A stretch of DNA of 64,000 bases. Origin: an uncultured Gemmatimonadaceae bacterium. Lineage in GTDB: Bacteria; Gemmatimonadota; Gemmatimonadetes; Gemmatimonadales; Gemmatimonadaceae. The notes beneath the pieces are model-generated. The model was not told where the DNA came from and made no database searches. It worked only from the letters and a program-made list of their open reading frames with translations. A program made the position numbers and the translations under genes. Location of the stretch: positions 1,632,001 to 1,696,000 of the forward strand of contig CAWFQK010000004.1 of assembly GCA_963817955.1 (NCBI GenBank), read 5' to 3'. Shown here piece after piece: positions 1-10,207 of the stretch (within the stretch, counting starts at the first letter, position 1; every line of letters starts with the position of its first letter).

Positions 1-2809
1 CGCCACTGGTCAGCAGCGGCGCGTCGAGTTGGGCAACGCGGTCGCTACGCTCGGAGACGTGGGCACCAAGGTCGAGCAGTCGCAGATCGCGACGCCCGCA
101 GATCTCCTCACCGCCAAGGCGCCGGGCGTCGTCGTGCTTCCGGGATCGACGCTCGGCGGCGCGCCGACCGTGCGTGTTCGCGGCGTCTCGTCGATCAGCT
201 TGAGCAACGCGCCAATCTGGGTGGTGGACGGCGTCCGCATTGCGGCCGGCACGCTCACATCTGGAACGGACACGCAATTCTCGCTACTCAACACGCTCAA
301 CCCGGACGAGATCGAGGATATTGAGATCGTGAAGGGTCCGTCGGCAGCCACGCTGTATGGCACAGACGCCGCCAACGGCGTCATCGTGGTCACGACAAAG
401 AAGGGGAAGGCCGGCGCGTCCCGCTGGACCTATTCCGGCGAAGTCGGCAACGTCGACGATCGCACCAATTACCCGGACATGTACGCCAACTGGGGCCATA
501 CGCTGGCCAATCCGACCAAGGCGGTGCGGTGCCAGTTGTCGAGCATGGCGCCGCTGGGCACGACGCCGGCGACGTCCACCACGTGTGCCTCCGACAGCGT
601 CACGCACTACAACCTGCTCGCCGATCCCTCGCGAACGTTCGTGCACATGGGCCATCGCAGTTCGGCCGGCGCCCAGGTGAGCGGCGGAAACGATGCCGTG
701 CGTTTCTTCGCGAGCGGCGACTTCAATAACGAGACGGGGCCGATTCAGATGCCGGGCTTCGAAGTGGCGCGCTTTGACGCAAACCACGTCTCGGTCCAGG
801 ACCAGTGGTTCCACCCCCTGGCGCAGCAGCAGGAAAGCTTCCGCACGAACCTGTCCGCGGCCGTGAGTCCGACGTTCGACCTGACGGCGAATGCCGGCTT
901 CACGAAGGTGGACAATCGCATCATGCCGGAGAGCGATCTGATCATCGCGCTGCTGTACACTGGTCTGCAGAACTATGGCTTCAAGGGGCCTGGGCTGGAC
1001 AAGACGCTGACTCAGGTCAATGGCACGCCCCTCAATGACTATCTCCAGTGGGCGCCGGGCGACATCATGCAGAATGTGAACGAGAGCGACGTGCAGCGCA
1101 CCCTCGGCAGCTTCAACGCCACGTGGCGTCCGTTGTCCTGGATGCAGAATGACGGCACCGTTGGTGTCGATCTGGCCAGCGTGAACTACTTCCACTTCTG
1201 CGGCCTCAATCAATGTCCGCCGCAGAGCGCCACCGCGCGCGTCGGCAACGTGACCGACAATCGGTCCACCACGCGAAACCTGTCGGCGAAACTCGTCAGC
1301 ACGTCCAGTTGGAACGCCAGGACGTGGGCGAATCTGAAGACGACCGTCGGCGCCGACTACGTCAATCTCGAGGCCGACGCTGTCAACTCCAACGGACAGA
1401 CGTTGCCGCCCGGTGCCAGCACGGTGAACGCCGCGGCAACGATTGGGGCATCGGAAAGCCAGCCGACGGCCACGAAGACGCTTGGTCTGTACGTGCAGGA
1501 ACAGGCTGGCTTGCGCGACCGGTTGTTCATCACGGTCGCGGCACGCTCCGACCAGAACAGCGCGTTCGGAACGAATTTCCAACGGATTCTCTACCCCAAG
1601 GCGAGTGTGTCCTGGCTGGTGTCCGATGAGTCGTTCTTCCCGAAGTACAGCTGGCTCGATCAGTTCCGTCTGCGGACGTCCTATGGCGCCAGTGGCGTAC
1701 AGCCAGGCCGCACACAGGGTCTCGTGCTGTTCTCTCCAAGCACGGTGGCCATCGACACCCGTGGTGCGACGACGGGCTCGGACACCCCAGCCCTCACCGC
1801 GAGCTCGCCAGGCAACGCCAACCTCAAGCCCGAAAAGTCCGGCGAGTATGAAGCTGGCTTCGACCTCCAGACGCTGAACAACCGGGTACACCTCGAGTAC
1901 ACCTACTACAACAAGCAGACGCGGGACGCGCTGATCAGCGTTCCGATCGCCGGCTCCGCCGCCGCACCGACGTTGAGCATTCTTCAAAACGTCGGATCGA
2001 CCAGGAATTACGGACACGAGCTCCAACTCGCGGCACAGTTGTTGGACTCGCGCCGCCTGGGCTGGGATGTGACCCTCACGGGCTCGCACAACACCGCCCT
2101 GATCGTGGATCTCGGCATCGACCCATCCACAGGCGTCGCGCGCGTCATCGGCGCCGGCGGCCTCACCGAGCAACGCAACGGCCAGCCGATCAACTCGCAG
2201 TGGTATCACCCGTACACGTACGCCGACGCCAATCACGACGGCATCCTGCAGCAGTCCGAGGTGCACGTCGATTCATCGTACGCCAACTACGGCAACGGCA
2301 TTCCCCGCGATATCTTCTCGGTGCAATCCGGCTGGGATCTCTTCGGCAAGATGGTGCGGTTCACCACGATGTTCGATTACAAGGGCGGATACAGCACGCA
2401 GGACGGCATGAACAATTTCCAGTGCAACTCCACTCCGCAATCGTGCCGCGAGACGCAGGATCCCACCGCGCCACTCGCGGAACAGGCCCGAGCCATCGCC
2501 AAGACGTATGGGACGATGATTGGGATCACGACGTATAAGACGGGCGCCGGATATTTCATGAATGGCCAGTTCTGGCGGTGGCGTGAAGCGGCGGCGATCG
2601 TGCAGATGCCGGATCGCATGAGCCGTCTCTTCCGAGCGCAGAACGGATCGAACCTCGTGTTCGCTGCTCGCAATCTGCATCTGTGGACCAAGTTCACCGG
2701 CCTCGATCCGGAAGCCAACTATGGCGTTGGCGGCTCCGAAGTGCAGAACGAATTCCAGAGCAATGCCGCCCCGACGTACTTCACGATGCGTCTCAACCTC
2801 AAGTACTAA
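1..2809 (+). CDS. SusC/RagA-family TonB-dependent outer membrane receptor (5' end outside window)
   Basis: Frame is open from base 2. Plug motifs 'VRVRGVSS..PIWVVDGV' and 'LNPDEIEDIEIVKGPSAATLYG..AANGVIVVTTKKG', barrel motif 'NLKPEKSGEYEAG', C-terminal 'RLNLKY'. Confidence 0.95.
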   Translation, partial: ATGQQRRVELGNAVATLGDVGTKVEQSQIATPADLLTAKAPGVVVLPGSTLGGAPTVRVRGVSSISLSNAPIWVVDGVRIAAGTLTSGTDTQFSLLNTLNPDEIEDIEIVKGPSAATLYGTDAANGVIVVTTKKGKAGASRWTYSGEVGNVDDRTNYPDMYANWGHTLANPTKAVRCQLSSMAPLGTTPATSTTCASDSVTHYNLLADPSRTFVHMGHRSSAGAQVSGGNDAVRFFASGDFNNETGPIQMPGFEVARFDANHVSVQDQWFHPLAQQQESFRTNLSAAVSPTFDLTANAGFTKVDNRIMPESDLIIALLYTGLQNYGFKGPGLDKTLTQVNGTPLNDYLQWAPGDIMQNVNESDVQRTLGSFNATWRPLSWMQNDGTVGVDLASVNYFHFCGLNQCPPQSATARVGNVTDNRSTTRNLSAKLVSTSSWNARTWANLKTTVGADYVNLEADAVNSNGQTLPPGASTVNAAATIGASESQPTATKTLGLYVQEQAGLRDRLFITVAARSDQNSAFGTNFQRILYPKASVSWLVSDESFFPKYSWLDQFRLRTSYGASGVQPGRTQGLVLFSPSTVAIDTRGATTGSDTPALTASSPGNANLKPEKSGEYEAGFDLQTLNNRVHLEYTYYNKQTRDALISVPIAGSAAAPTLSILQNVGSTRNYGHELQLAAQLLDSRRLGWDVTLTGSHNTALIVDLGIDPSTGVARVIGAGGLTEQRNGQPINSQWYHPYTYADANHDGILQQSEVHVDSSYANYGNGIPRDIFSVQSGWDLFGKMVRFTTMFDYKGGYSTQDGMNNFQCNSTPQSCRETQDPTAPLAEQARAIAKTYGTMIGITTYKTGAGYFMNGQFWRWREAAAIVQMPDRMSRLFRAQNGSNLVFAARNLHLWTKFTGLDPEANYGVGGSEVQNEFQSNAAPTYFTMRLNLKY

Positions 2810-2833
2810 CCACCCACTCGAGGCCGATATTAT

Positions 2834-4261
2834 ATGAAGAGATTTACAGATCGCGCTCGATGGGCAATAGCTCTCGGCGCTCTCGTTGGCGGGCCGCTCA
2901 TCGTCGCGGCGTGCAGCAACGTCAAGGATCAACTGCTCGAGCCGCAGAATCCCGGCCTGATCGACCCGACCGCGGTGACGTCGGCCGCGGCCGCCTTCGC
3001 GCTCAAGGTGGGCGCGGTCGGCAAGACTCGTGTGGTCGTCGACGGCGGCGGAACGTCCGGCAACAACTGCAACAGCAATGCCGAATGTTTGTGGGAGGAA
3101 GTAGGCAGCCTCACGGACGAGTTCCATAACGCGGATTTTCAGAACACGCGTGGTGACATCGACCAGCGGCAGATCACGGACGACAATCCATCCGTTCCGT
3201 ATTCCAGCGTCACGCAGAACCGCGGCTACGTCCGCGATGCCATCAACGCCGTCCGGCAATACATACCGGACAGCACGGCGGACATCGGCGAGCTCTACAT
3301 GTCGCTCGGGTTTCTCGAGATGTCGCTCGGCGAGAACTTCTGCAACGGCATTCCGCTGGGTCACACCGTTGCGGGCGTCGTGACGTATGGAGCGCCGCTG
3401 ACCAATGCGCAGGTGCTCGACAGTGCATCCACCCATCTCGATTCGGCGTTGGCGATCAATACGGGGACGAGCGCGCAGGCGACGTTCATCCGCCAGGCAT
3501 CGTTGATTCTCAAGGCACGGATCCTCATCGACAAAGGGAACTTTGCGGCAGCCGCAGCGCTCGTTCCGGTCAGCGCGGTTCCCTCGTCGTACGCCTATTT
3601 CTTCGCCACGTCGCAGGCCAAGGGCGAGAGTCTTGGACTCTGGTCCATCGCCAACTCCACCGCTCGGCTCAGCGTGAGCGATAGCTCGGAGATCATCAAC
3701 GGCGTGGCGACACCCACAGCCAACGCGCTGCCATTCGCGTCAGCCGGCGACCCGCGAGTGCCGGTGAAGCCCGGCAGTGCCGTGACGCCGCAAGTCGTCG
3801 CGGAGGATGGTCAGACGCCCCAGTTCGTGCAATTGTTGTACACACGCTTCGATCCAATCGCCATGGTATCCGGCATCGATGCTCGTTTGATCGAAGCCGA
3901 GGCCAAGCTCAACGCCAACGACATCGCGGGCATGATGACAATCCTCAATGCGATGCGTGCGGCGCCCCCGAAGATCAGCAATTTCCAGCCGGCCGCCATG
4001 GCGGCATTGCCGACGCCGGCGACGCAGGATGCCGCCACCAGTTTGTTCTTCCGCGAGAAGGCGTTCTGGACGTTCGGTCGTGGTCAGCGTTTGAACGATG
4101 AGCGGAGGCTCATGCGGCAGTACAGCCGCACCGAAGCCCAGGTCTTCCCAACCGGCAGCTACTACAAGGGCGGCACGTATGGGCACAGCATTCAGTTGCC
4201 CGTCACGAACAACGAGCGCGCCAACCCGAACTTCACTGGCTGTACGGATCGCAATCCGTAA
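2834..4261 (+). CDS. SusD/RagB-like nutrient-binding lipoprotein
   Basis: Lipobox 'IVAAC', 'ARLIEAEA', 'FREKAFWTFGRGQRLNDERR', 'ERANPN'; lies directly after the SusC-like gene. Confidence 0.88.
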   Translation: MKRFTDRARWAIALGALVGGPLIVAACSNVKDQLLEPQNPGLIDPTAVTSAAAAFALKVGAVGKTRVVVDGGGTSGNNCNSNAECLWEEVGSLTDEFHNADFQNTRGDIDQRQITDDNPSVPYSSVTQNRGYVRDAINAVRQYIPDSTADIGELYMSLGFLEMSLGENFCNGIPLGHTVAGVVTYGAPLTNAQVLDSASTHLDSALAINTGTSAQATFIRQASLILKARILIDKGNFAAAAALVPVSAVPSSYAYFFATSQAKGESLGLWSIANSTARLSVSDSSEIINGVATPTANALPFASAGDPRVPVKPGSAVTPQVVAEDGQTPQFVQLLYTRFDPIAMVSGIDARLIEAEAKLNANDIAGMMTILNAMRAAPPKISNFQPAAMAALPTPATQDAATSLFFREKAFWTFGRGQRLNDERRLMRQYSRTEAQVFPTGSYYKGGTYGHSIQLPVTNNERANPNFTGCTDRNP

Positions 4262-4282
4262 ATACCCGGGTGCTCAATGACG

Positions 4283-4324
4283 CAAACGGCCCGCGGCGAC
4301 CCTGCCGCGGGCCGTTTGTCTTTC
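4283..4324 (+). terminator. Intrinsic terminator after susD-like gene
   Basis: Perfect 15-bp stem CAAACGGCCCGCGGC / GCCGCGGGCCGTTTG with a 6-nt loop, followed by TCTTTC. Confidence 0.8.
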
Positions 4325-4360
4325 CGCTGGCCGCGCCGTGAGGCAAGCGTTAACCGGCGC

Positions 4361-4394
4361 TTGACGCCCAAAGTGATATAGTGATATATATCAC
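4361..4394 (+). promoter_or_regulatory. Promoter/operator of the GntR(YtrA) operon
   Basis: TTGACG at 4361, tandem GTGATATA at 4373 and 4381, and perfect palindrome GTGATATATATCAC (4381-4394) ending 1 nt before the ATG. Confidence 0.65.
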
Positions 4395-4395
4395 C

Positions 4396-4815
4396 ATGAA
4401 CATCACCGTCAACGCCTCCGATGACCTTCCCATCTACCGCCAGATCATGCGGCAGATTATGGATGCCATCGCCGGTGGCCGCCTGCATGGCGGTGAGCGA
4501 CTCACGTCGCATCGCGAGTTGAGCGAACAACTGGTGATTGCGCCGCTCACCGTCAAGAAGGCTTACGACGAGCTCGAAGCCCTTGGTTACATCGAATCGC
4601 AGCGTGGACGGGGGACGTTTGTGGCGGCAAAGGTTCCGCGAACATCTCGGACCGTCGCCAGCGACCAGATCGCGGATGACGCACGAAAGCTCCTGACGAA
4701 CGCTTACCTCGCCGGTCTCCAGTTGTCCGATGTCACAAGGATCATCAGGGACGCCGATCGCGAGCTCACCAACGGCTCCGGGCCTCGGCACCGGAAGGAA
4801 CGGACCTCGGCATGA
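4396..4815 (+). CDS. GntR-family (YtrA subfamily) transcriptional regulator
   Basis: 'PIYRQIMRQI..GERLTSHRELSEQLVIAPLTVKKAYDELEALGYIESQRGRGTFV' with a short C-domain; heads an ABC operon. Confidence 0.93.
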   Translation: MNITVNASDDLPIYRQIMRQIMDAIAGGRLHGGERLTSHRELSEQLVIAPLTVKKAYDELEALGYIESQRGRGTFVAAKVPRTSRTVASDQIADDARKLLTNAYLAGLQLSDVTRIIRDADRELTNGSGPRHRKERTSA

Positions 4816-5726
4816 CGCCCATTCTGGAGTTCCGCGACATCGTACGCTCGTTCAGGCCCGGAATCCCCGTCCTCGACGGCGTCTCGTTCGCCATGAACAG
4901 CGACGAGGTCGTCGGATTGCTCGGCCGCAATGGTGCCGGCAAGACGACGCTCATTCAGATCGCGATGGGCATGCTGTTTCCGCACAGCGGCAGTGTTCGC
5001 GTGTTCGGGCTCTCGCCTATCGAACAGCCCGTGGCGGTGAAGCATCGCATTGGATACGTCTCCGAGGATCAACTGTTGCCGCCGCTCTCCAGCATCGGGG
5101 AGCTGTTCGCGTTCCACCGGCGTCTCTTCCCCACGTGGGACGTGGCCCTGGAGCGGCAGTTGCTGGAGCGGTTCGGGTTGGCGGACCGCAAGCAGAGGAT
5201 CGGGGGGCTCAGCAAGGGACAGGCGCGCCAAGTGGCGCTGATGTGCGCCGTCTGCCATCGTCCGGAACTGCTCATTCTGGACGAGCCGGCCGGTGGACTC
5301 GATCCCGTCGCACGACGCGAATTCCTGGAGACCTCCATCCAGTTGCTCAACCGTGAGGGGTCGGCCATCCTGTTCTCGTCTCACCACATGAGCGACGTCG
5401 AGCGCTTGGGCGGCCGCATCGTGCTGCTCGATGGCGGAAAAGTGCGTCTCGATCGCGGACTCGATCAACTCCGCGAAGAACATTGTGTGGCCGTGATTCC
5501 GAAACACTTGGTGGCGAACGACGCATCGCTGCGGCAGGTGGCGGGATGCCTGCGTGTGCGCGCTCTGTTCGACGAATGGCACGCAGTCTTCCAGGGTTCG
5601 CCAGAGGCGGTGCGTTGCCGCCTGAAAGAAGCGCTCGGACTCGTGGACGTGAAGTGCGTGAGCGTTCCGCTGGAAGAGTTGTTCGTGGAACTCGTGGGCG
5701 GTGAGCGCATGGCGGAGGCATCGTGA
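4812..5726 (+). CDS. ABC transporter ATP-binding protein (YtrB-like)
   Basis: Walker A GRNGAGKT, signature LSKGQ, Walker B LLILDEP, H-loop SSHH; ATGA overlap with the GntR gene. Confidence 0.95.
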   Translation: MTPILEFRDIVRSFRPGIPVLDGVSFAMNSDEVVGLLGRNGAGKTTLIQIAMGMLFPHSGSVRVFGLSPIEQPVAVKHRIGYVSEDQLLPPLSSIGELFAFHRRLFPTWDVALERQLLERFGLADRKQRIGGLSKGQARQVALMCAVCHRPELLILDEPAGGLDPVARREFLETSIQLLNREGSAILFSSHHMSDVERLGGRIVLLDGGKVRLDRGLDQLREEHCVAVIPKHLVANDASLRQVAGCLRVRALFDEWHAVFQGSPEAVRCRLKEALGLVDVKCVSVPLEELFVELVGGERMAEAS

Positions 5727-7324
5727 TTGGCCTGTTGACGCGCCGTCGTCTTCGGGCCGCCCCGATCATGCTACCAGTGGCGATACTGGCTGCCGCCAGT
5801 ACGTTCTGGTGGGGCGGGCTTGGCCTGTTGATGAGCCTTCCGTTGCTGGGCGGTGTACTCCGCTTTTCCGCAGAGCGAGCGACCGTGTTCGAGGCCGGGT
5901 TGCCGATCAGAGCACGCGATCTCTTTCTTTCGCGTGTCCTCTTCTCGCTGTTGTGCGTTCAACTGCCCATGCTCGCGTGGATCGTGGTGTCCCTCGTACA
6001 GGGCCGCCATGCGTGGCCGATGCACCTCATGATCGACGCATCATTGATCGCGGCGCTCGTCGTGATCCTGCCGTATTCCGTGAGACCGAGCGAGATGCGT
6101 CCGCCGGCATGGGCGGCTCTGCTTCCACTGCTTGCGTTGGGTGTCATTGCGGCGGCGGCAATCTATTTTTTGCCGCCGGAGGTCGCCACGATCCTGTTGG
6201 CGGTCGGGATCGTCGGGGTCTCCGCTGGGACGTTCGTTGCGATTCCCGAATCGTTCCAGGTGGCTCCTCGCTTCATGGCCGGAAAGGCCGGCGCCGTACG
6301 CGCCATTGGTCCGGGTCTCTGGCCGGTGCGCGCAGCGAGCGCGAACAGTGAGACGAACGCAGGATGGTATTGGCCGGTACTGCGTTCGGTGGTGAATCGC
6401 GGCATGCTCCTCAGCTTCGCATTCATGGCACTATTCGGCGCCCTCCACGGTCCGTGGCTCGTATACGTCACGATCTTCGCATTCAGCGGAAGCGGCTCGT
6501 CGCGCACGCACACGCGTTGGATGCATGCCCTGCCCCTGTCGCGCCGAGCGATGTTGCTGGTCCTCGTGGTTCCGACGGCCGTGACGTTGCTGGGCGGGGT
6601 CGCCGTAGGTCATCTCATTCCTCTTCCCTTTTACACGGAGTCCATGAGCCGCGGCGCGCCGAGACTACACACCCCGCACTACTACGACAATCGAACGAAC
6701 GTGCCGCTCGAGTTCTGGCAGCGCGAGCCGTCGCCCCGCGTGGGACCGATCGTGGCGCCATGGGGCGAGACCGCCGAACCGGATACACTTGCACTACCGG
6801 GCATGACCGTGTTCAACCCGTTTACGTCGCACGAAGCAAACAGCCAGCGGTTCATCGAATGGCAGTTCGAACGCGCGACCGCTGCGGTTTACGGTCACCG
6901 GATGACGATAGCCGACTACGACGCAGGTGATGCAAGGCATCGCACTCGGGTGACATCGTCTCCCCGCATGTGGATTCTGAACGGGGGTGCGACACTCGTG
7001 CTGTTTGTCATTCTGATGTGGCTTTGCGAGCGGACGTATTCTTATCGTGCCGCGATGCGACCCCACCGAGTGCTCGACATCACCATCCCGCTCATCCCAA
7101 TGGTGGCAACGGTTGCCGACTATGCCTTGGGCGTCGACCGCGGTACCGGCATCATCATTCCAGCCGCGGAAGCGCTGCTGCTGCAACTCTCGCGCACGCT
7201 GCCGCAATATCCCCTTGTCATCGTGGTTGTCGCTGCGGCACCAGTGATTGTCGCCTTCAAACTCCTCGAGTGGCAGTTCACGCGGACAGAATTCGCCGAG
7301 CGCGCCATGACTGCATCACGGTGA
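5723..7324 (+). CDS. Multi-pass membrane protein, probable permease of the ABC system
   Basis: Many TM segments; two 'LPIRARDLF'/'LPLSRRAML' ABC-2-like motifs; GTGA overlap with the ATPase gene. Confidence 0.7.
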   Translation: MIGLLTRRRLRAAPIMLPVAILAAASTFWWGGLGLLMSLPLLGGVLRFSAERATVFEAGLPIRARDLFLSRVLFSLLCVQLPMLAWIVVSLVQGRHAWPMHLMIDASLIAALVVILPYSVRPSEMRPPAWAALLPLLALGVIAAAAIYFLPPEVATILLAVGIVGVSAGTFVAIPESFQVAPRFMAGKAGAVRAIGPGLWPVRAASANSETNAGWYWPVLRSVVNRGMLLSFAFMALFGALHGPWLVYVTIFAFSGSGSSRTHTRWMHALPLSRRAMLLVLVVPTAVTLLGGVAVGHLIPLPFYTESMSRGAPRLHTPHYYDNRTNVPLEFWQREPSPRVGPIVAPWGETAEPDTLALPGMTVFNPFTSHEANSQRFIEWQFERATAAVYGHRMTIADYDAGDARHRTRVTSSPRMWILNGGATLVLFVILMWLCERTYSYRAAMRPHRVLDITIPLIPMVATVADYALGVDRGTGIIIPAAEALLLQLSRTLPQYPLVIVVVAAAPVIVAFKLLEWQFTRTEFAERAMTASR

Positions 7325-7367
7325 TGCTGCCACACAGAATCCAATCCTCTCCCCCGCGGTTACCTGC

Positions 7368-9677
7368 ATGCGCCTCCTCCGCCGCTATCGCCCGATTCCA
7401 CTCCAGCCGGCGCTGATCCTCGGCGTCGCACTCGCCCTCAGTCTCGCGGTGCCCCACACCGCCTCCGCCCAGGGCACCGCCGCTGACTACGCACGCGCGC
7501 AACAGCTGCGCGCGCGCCAGCAGCATCTCGTCGTGGATGCGGTGGACCAGGTTCGCTGGATCGACTCCACGCCACGATTCTGGTATCGAATGTCCACGGC
7601 GGCAGGCATGGCGTTCATCGTCGCCGATGCCGAGTCGAAGCAGAAACGGCCTGCATTCGACCAGACGCACCTGGCCACCGCGCTGACGGCATTCCTTCAC
7701 CGCCCGATCTCGGCCGACTCTCTTCCGTTCGCGACGATCGATTTCGTGGACGCCGAACAGGCGATCGCATTTTCTGTCGGCACCGTGCGCCTGCGCTGTT
7801 CGCTCCGAGACTATGCCTGCGCGCGTTCCACGGACCGCCGCGGCACGCGATTCGACGCGGGCGTTGGCGGCGCGCTCTACGGCTCGCGTCCAGCCGAGGA
7901 CACCACCGAGCGCACGTCGCCCGACGGGAAATGGGCCGCCAGCACACGGAATTACAACGTGTTCGTGCGCCCCACGACCGGCGGTAACGGGTTCGTCCTC
8001 AGCACAGACGGATCAGAGGGCAACGGCTATCGCCAACGCACGCTCGTGTGGTCGCCGGACTCGCGACGGATCGCGGTGTACCGCGTCCTGCCCGGATACG
8101 GCCGCGAAGTGCATTACGTGGAGTCGTCGCCCCTGGGCCAGGTGCAACCCATCTATAGTTCGCGGCTGTACAGCAAGCCTGGCGATGTGGTCGACCGTGG
8201 CATGCCGGTCATCTTCGATGTCGTCGCCAGGCGGCAGATCGCGCCGAGCGACTCGCTCTTTCCCAACGCGTACCAGACGAGCCCCCTCGTCTGGCGTCGT
8301 GACGGACACGCGCTCACGTTCGAGTACAATCAGCGCGGACATCAGGTCTATCGCGTGATCGAGATCGACGCCGCTACGGGCAAGACCCGCGCGGTGATCG
8401 ACGAGCGGTCTCCCACCTTCTTCGAGTACTCAGCCAAGAAGTATCGCAACGATCTCGCGGATGGAAAGGAAATCGTCTGGATGTCCGAGCGTGACGGATG
8501 GAATCACTTGTACCTGTACGACGGCGCCACCGGCCGCGTAGAGAATCAGATCACGAAAGGGCCGTGGGTCGTGCGCGGAGTCGATCGCGTAGACTCCACT
8601 ACGCGGCAGATCTGGTTCCGCGCCAGCGGGATGGATCCCAAGACCGATCCGTACTTCGTTCAGTACTACCGCATCAACATGGACGGCACGGGACTCGTGC
8701 GGCTCACCACCGCCGACGCAATGCACGCGGTCACGTACTCTCCGGACATGAAGTACTACGTGGACGTCTGGTCACGCGTAGATCTGGCCCCGGTCGTCGA
8801 GCTTCGGCGCACGAGCGATCGCACGCTCGTCATGCCGCTCGAGCAGGCCAACGCGAGTGCGCTGCTCGCCACCGGCTGGAAGCCGCCGGAAGTGTTCGTC
8901 GCCAAGGGACGCGACGGCGCCACCGACATCTGGGGCATCATCATCCGGCCGACGAACTTCGATCCGACGCACAAGTATCCCGTGATCGAGAACATCTACG
9001 CCGGCCCGCAGGACTCCTTCGTGCCAAAGACGTTCAGCACGCAACTCGGCATGCAGGCCATCGCCGAGCTCGGATTCATCGTGGTGCAGATCGACGGTAT
9101 GGGGACGTCGAACCGCTCCAAGGCGTTCCACGATGTTGCGTACAAGAATCTCGGCGACGCCGGCTTTCCCGACCGCATTCTCTGGCACAAGGCCGTTGCG
9201 GCAAAGTACCCGTACTATGACATCAGCCGCGTCGGCATTTACGGCACCTCCGCCGGCGGTCAGAGCTCCACCGGTGCGCTGCTCTTTCATCCCGAGTTCT
9301 ACACCGTCGCCGTGTCCGCGGCGGGATCCCATGACAACCGCATGGACAAACTCTGGTGGAACGAGCAGTGGATGGGATGGCCCATTGGTCCCGAATACGC
9401 CGCGTCGTCGAACGTGGACAACGCGTGGCGCCTCCAGGGCAAGCTACTCCTCATCGTCGGAGAGATGGACACCAATGTGGATCCATCCAGCACCATGCAG
9501 GTCGTCAACGCGCTGATCAAGGCGCACAAGATGTTCGACCTGCTCGTGATTCCCGGCGCCGACCACACCAGCGGCGGCGAATACGGGGATCTCAAGCGGT
9601 GGGACTTCTTCGTCCACAACCTGCTCGGCGTCGAACCGCCAAACCGAAACGTCGTGGTCGAGCCGCGCCCTCGGTGA
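7368..9677 (+). CDS. S9B dipeptidyl-peptidase IV-like serine peptidase, secreted
   Basis: Signal peptide ending ASA|Q, DPPIV propeller ('[13 protein letters not shown]'), catalytic GTSAGG, DTNVD and ADH. Confidence 0.93.
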   Translation: MRLLRRYRPIPLQPALILGVALALSLAVPHTASAQGTAADYARAQQLRARQQHLVVDAVDQVRWIDSTPRFWYRMSTAAGMAFIVADAESKQKRPAFDQTHLATALTAFLHRPISADSLPFATIDFVDAEQAIAFSVGTVRLRCSLRDYACARSTDRRGTRFDAGVGGALYGSRPAEDTTERTSPDGKWAASTRNYNVFVRPTTGGNGFVLSTDGSEGNGYRQRTLVWSPDSRRIAVYRVLPGYGREVHYVESSPLGQVQPIYSSRLYSKPGDVVDRGMPVIFDVVARRQIAPSDSLFPNAYQTSPLVWRRDGHALTFEYNQRGHQVYRVIEIDAATGKTRAVIDERSPTFFEYSAKKYRNDLADGKEIVWMSERDGWNHLYLYDGATGRVENQITKGPWVVRGVDRVDSTTRQIWFRASGMDPKTDPYFVQYYRINMDGTGLVRLTTADAMHAVTYSPDMKYYVDVWSRVDLAPVVELRRTSDRTLVMPLEQANASALLATGWKPPEVFVAKGRDGATDIWGIIIRPTNFDPTHKYPVIENIYAGPQDSFVPKTFSTQLGMQAIAELGFIVVQIDGMGTSNRSKAFHDVAYKNLGDAGFPDRILWHKAVAAKYPYYDISRVGIYGTSAGGQSSTGALLFHPEFYTVAVSAAGSHDNRMDKLWWNEQWMGWPIGPEYAASSNVDNAWRLQGKLLLIVGEMDTNVDPSSTMQVVNALIKAHKMFDLLVIPGADHTSGGEYGDLKRWDFFVHNLLGVEPPNRNVVVEPRPR

Positions 9678-9771
9678 TGGCGACTCAGCGATTGGCGCCA
9701 TGCGCCGATACTGCATAGTGCAGCGCGCCCACGGCCTTCTCGGCCTTCCCCATAACAGGAGCAACCTCTCC

Positions 9772-10176
9772 ATGGCACTAGCCTGGAATGACGCGATGAC
9801 AACGGGCGTAGAAGAGCTCGATGACGCGCACAAGACGCTGATCCTTTGGATCAACAAGTTGACCGATGCGATGATGGCGGGAAAAGGCCAGACCGAGGTG
9901 CTGACCATTCTGAACTTCCTGGGCACCTACGCAACGCAGCATTTCTCACGCGAGGAAAGCTGCATGAACGCCTACCGGTGTCCGGCTGCCCTCGCGAACA
10001 AGAAGGCGCACGACGAGTTCCTGGCGTACTTCACCAAGATGAAGCTGGAAGTGGAGAAGAACGGTGCCACCGTGACCAACGTCCTGGCACTACAGAATTC
10101 CCTGAGCCTCTGGCTGAGGGGCCACATCATGAAGATCGATACGAGCCTTCTCGAGTGTGTCGACCGCGCGAGTTGA
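9772..10176 (+). CDS. Bacteriohemerythrin-like protein
   Basis: 'W..TGVEELDDAHKTL', 'HFSREE', 'NKKAH', 'WLRGHIMKID'; AGGAG upstream of the ATG at 9772. Confidence 0.9.
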   Translation: MALAWNDAMTTGVEELDDAHKTLILWINKLTDAMMAGKGQTEVLTILNFLGTYATQHFSREESCMNAYRCPAALANKKAHDEFLAYFTKMKLEVEKNGATVTNVLALQNSLSLWLRGHIMKIDTSLLECVDRAS

Positions 10177-10207
10177 GTAACGCTGCAATCGGTCGATACT
10201 ACGGGCG

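Noticed and set aside
284..2266. Long antisense ORFs (also 2273-3436, 10907-12142, 21772-23244, 50718-51995)
   Set aside because: Shadow frames of well-supported genes in high-GC DNA, with no motifs of their own.
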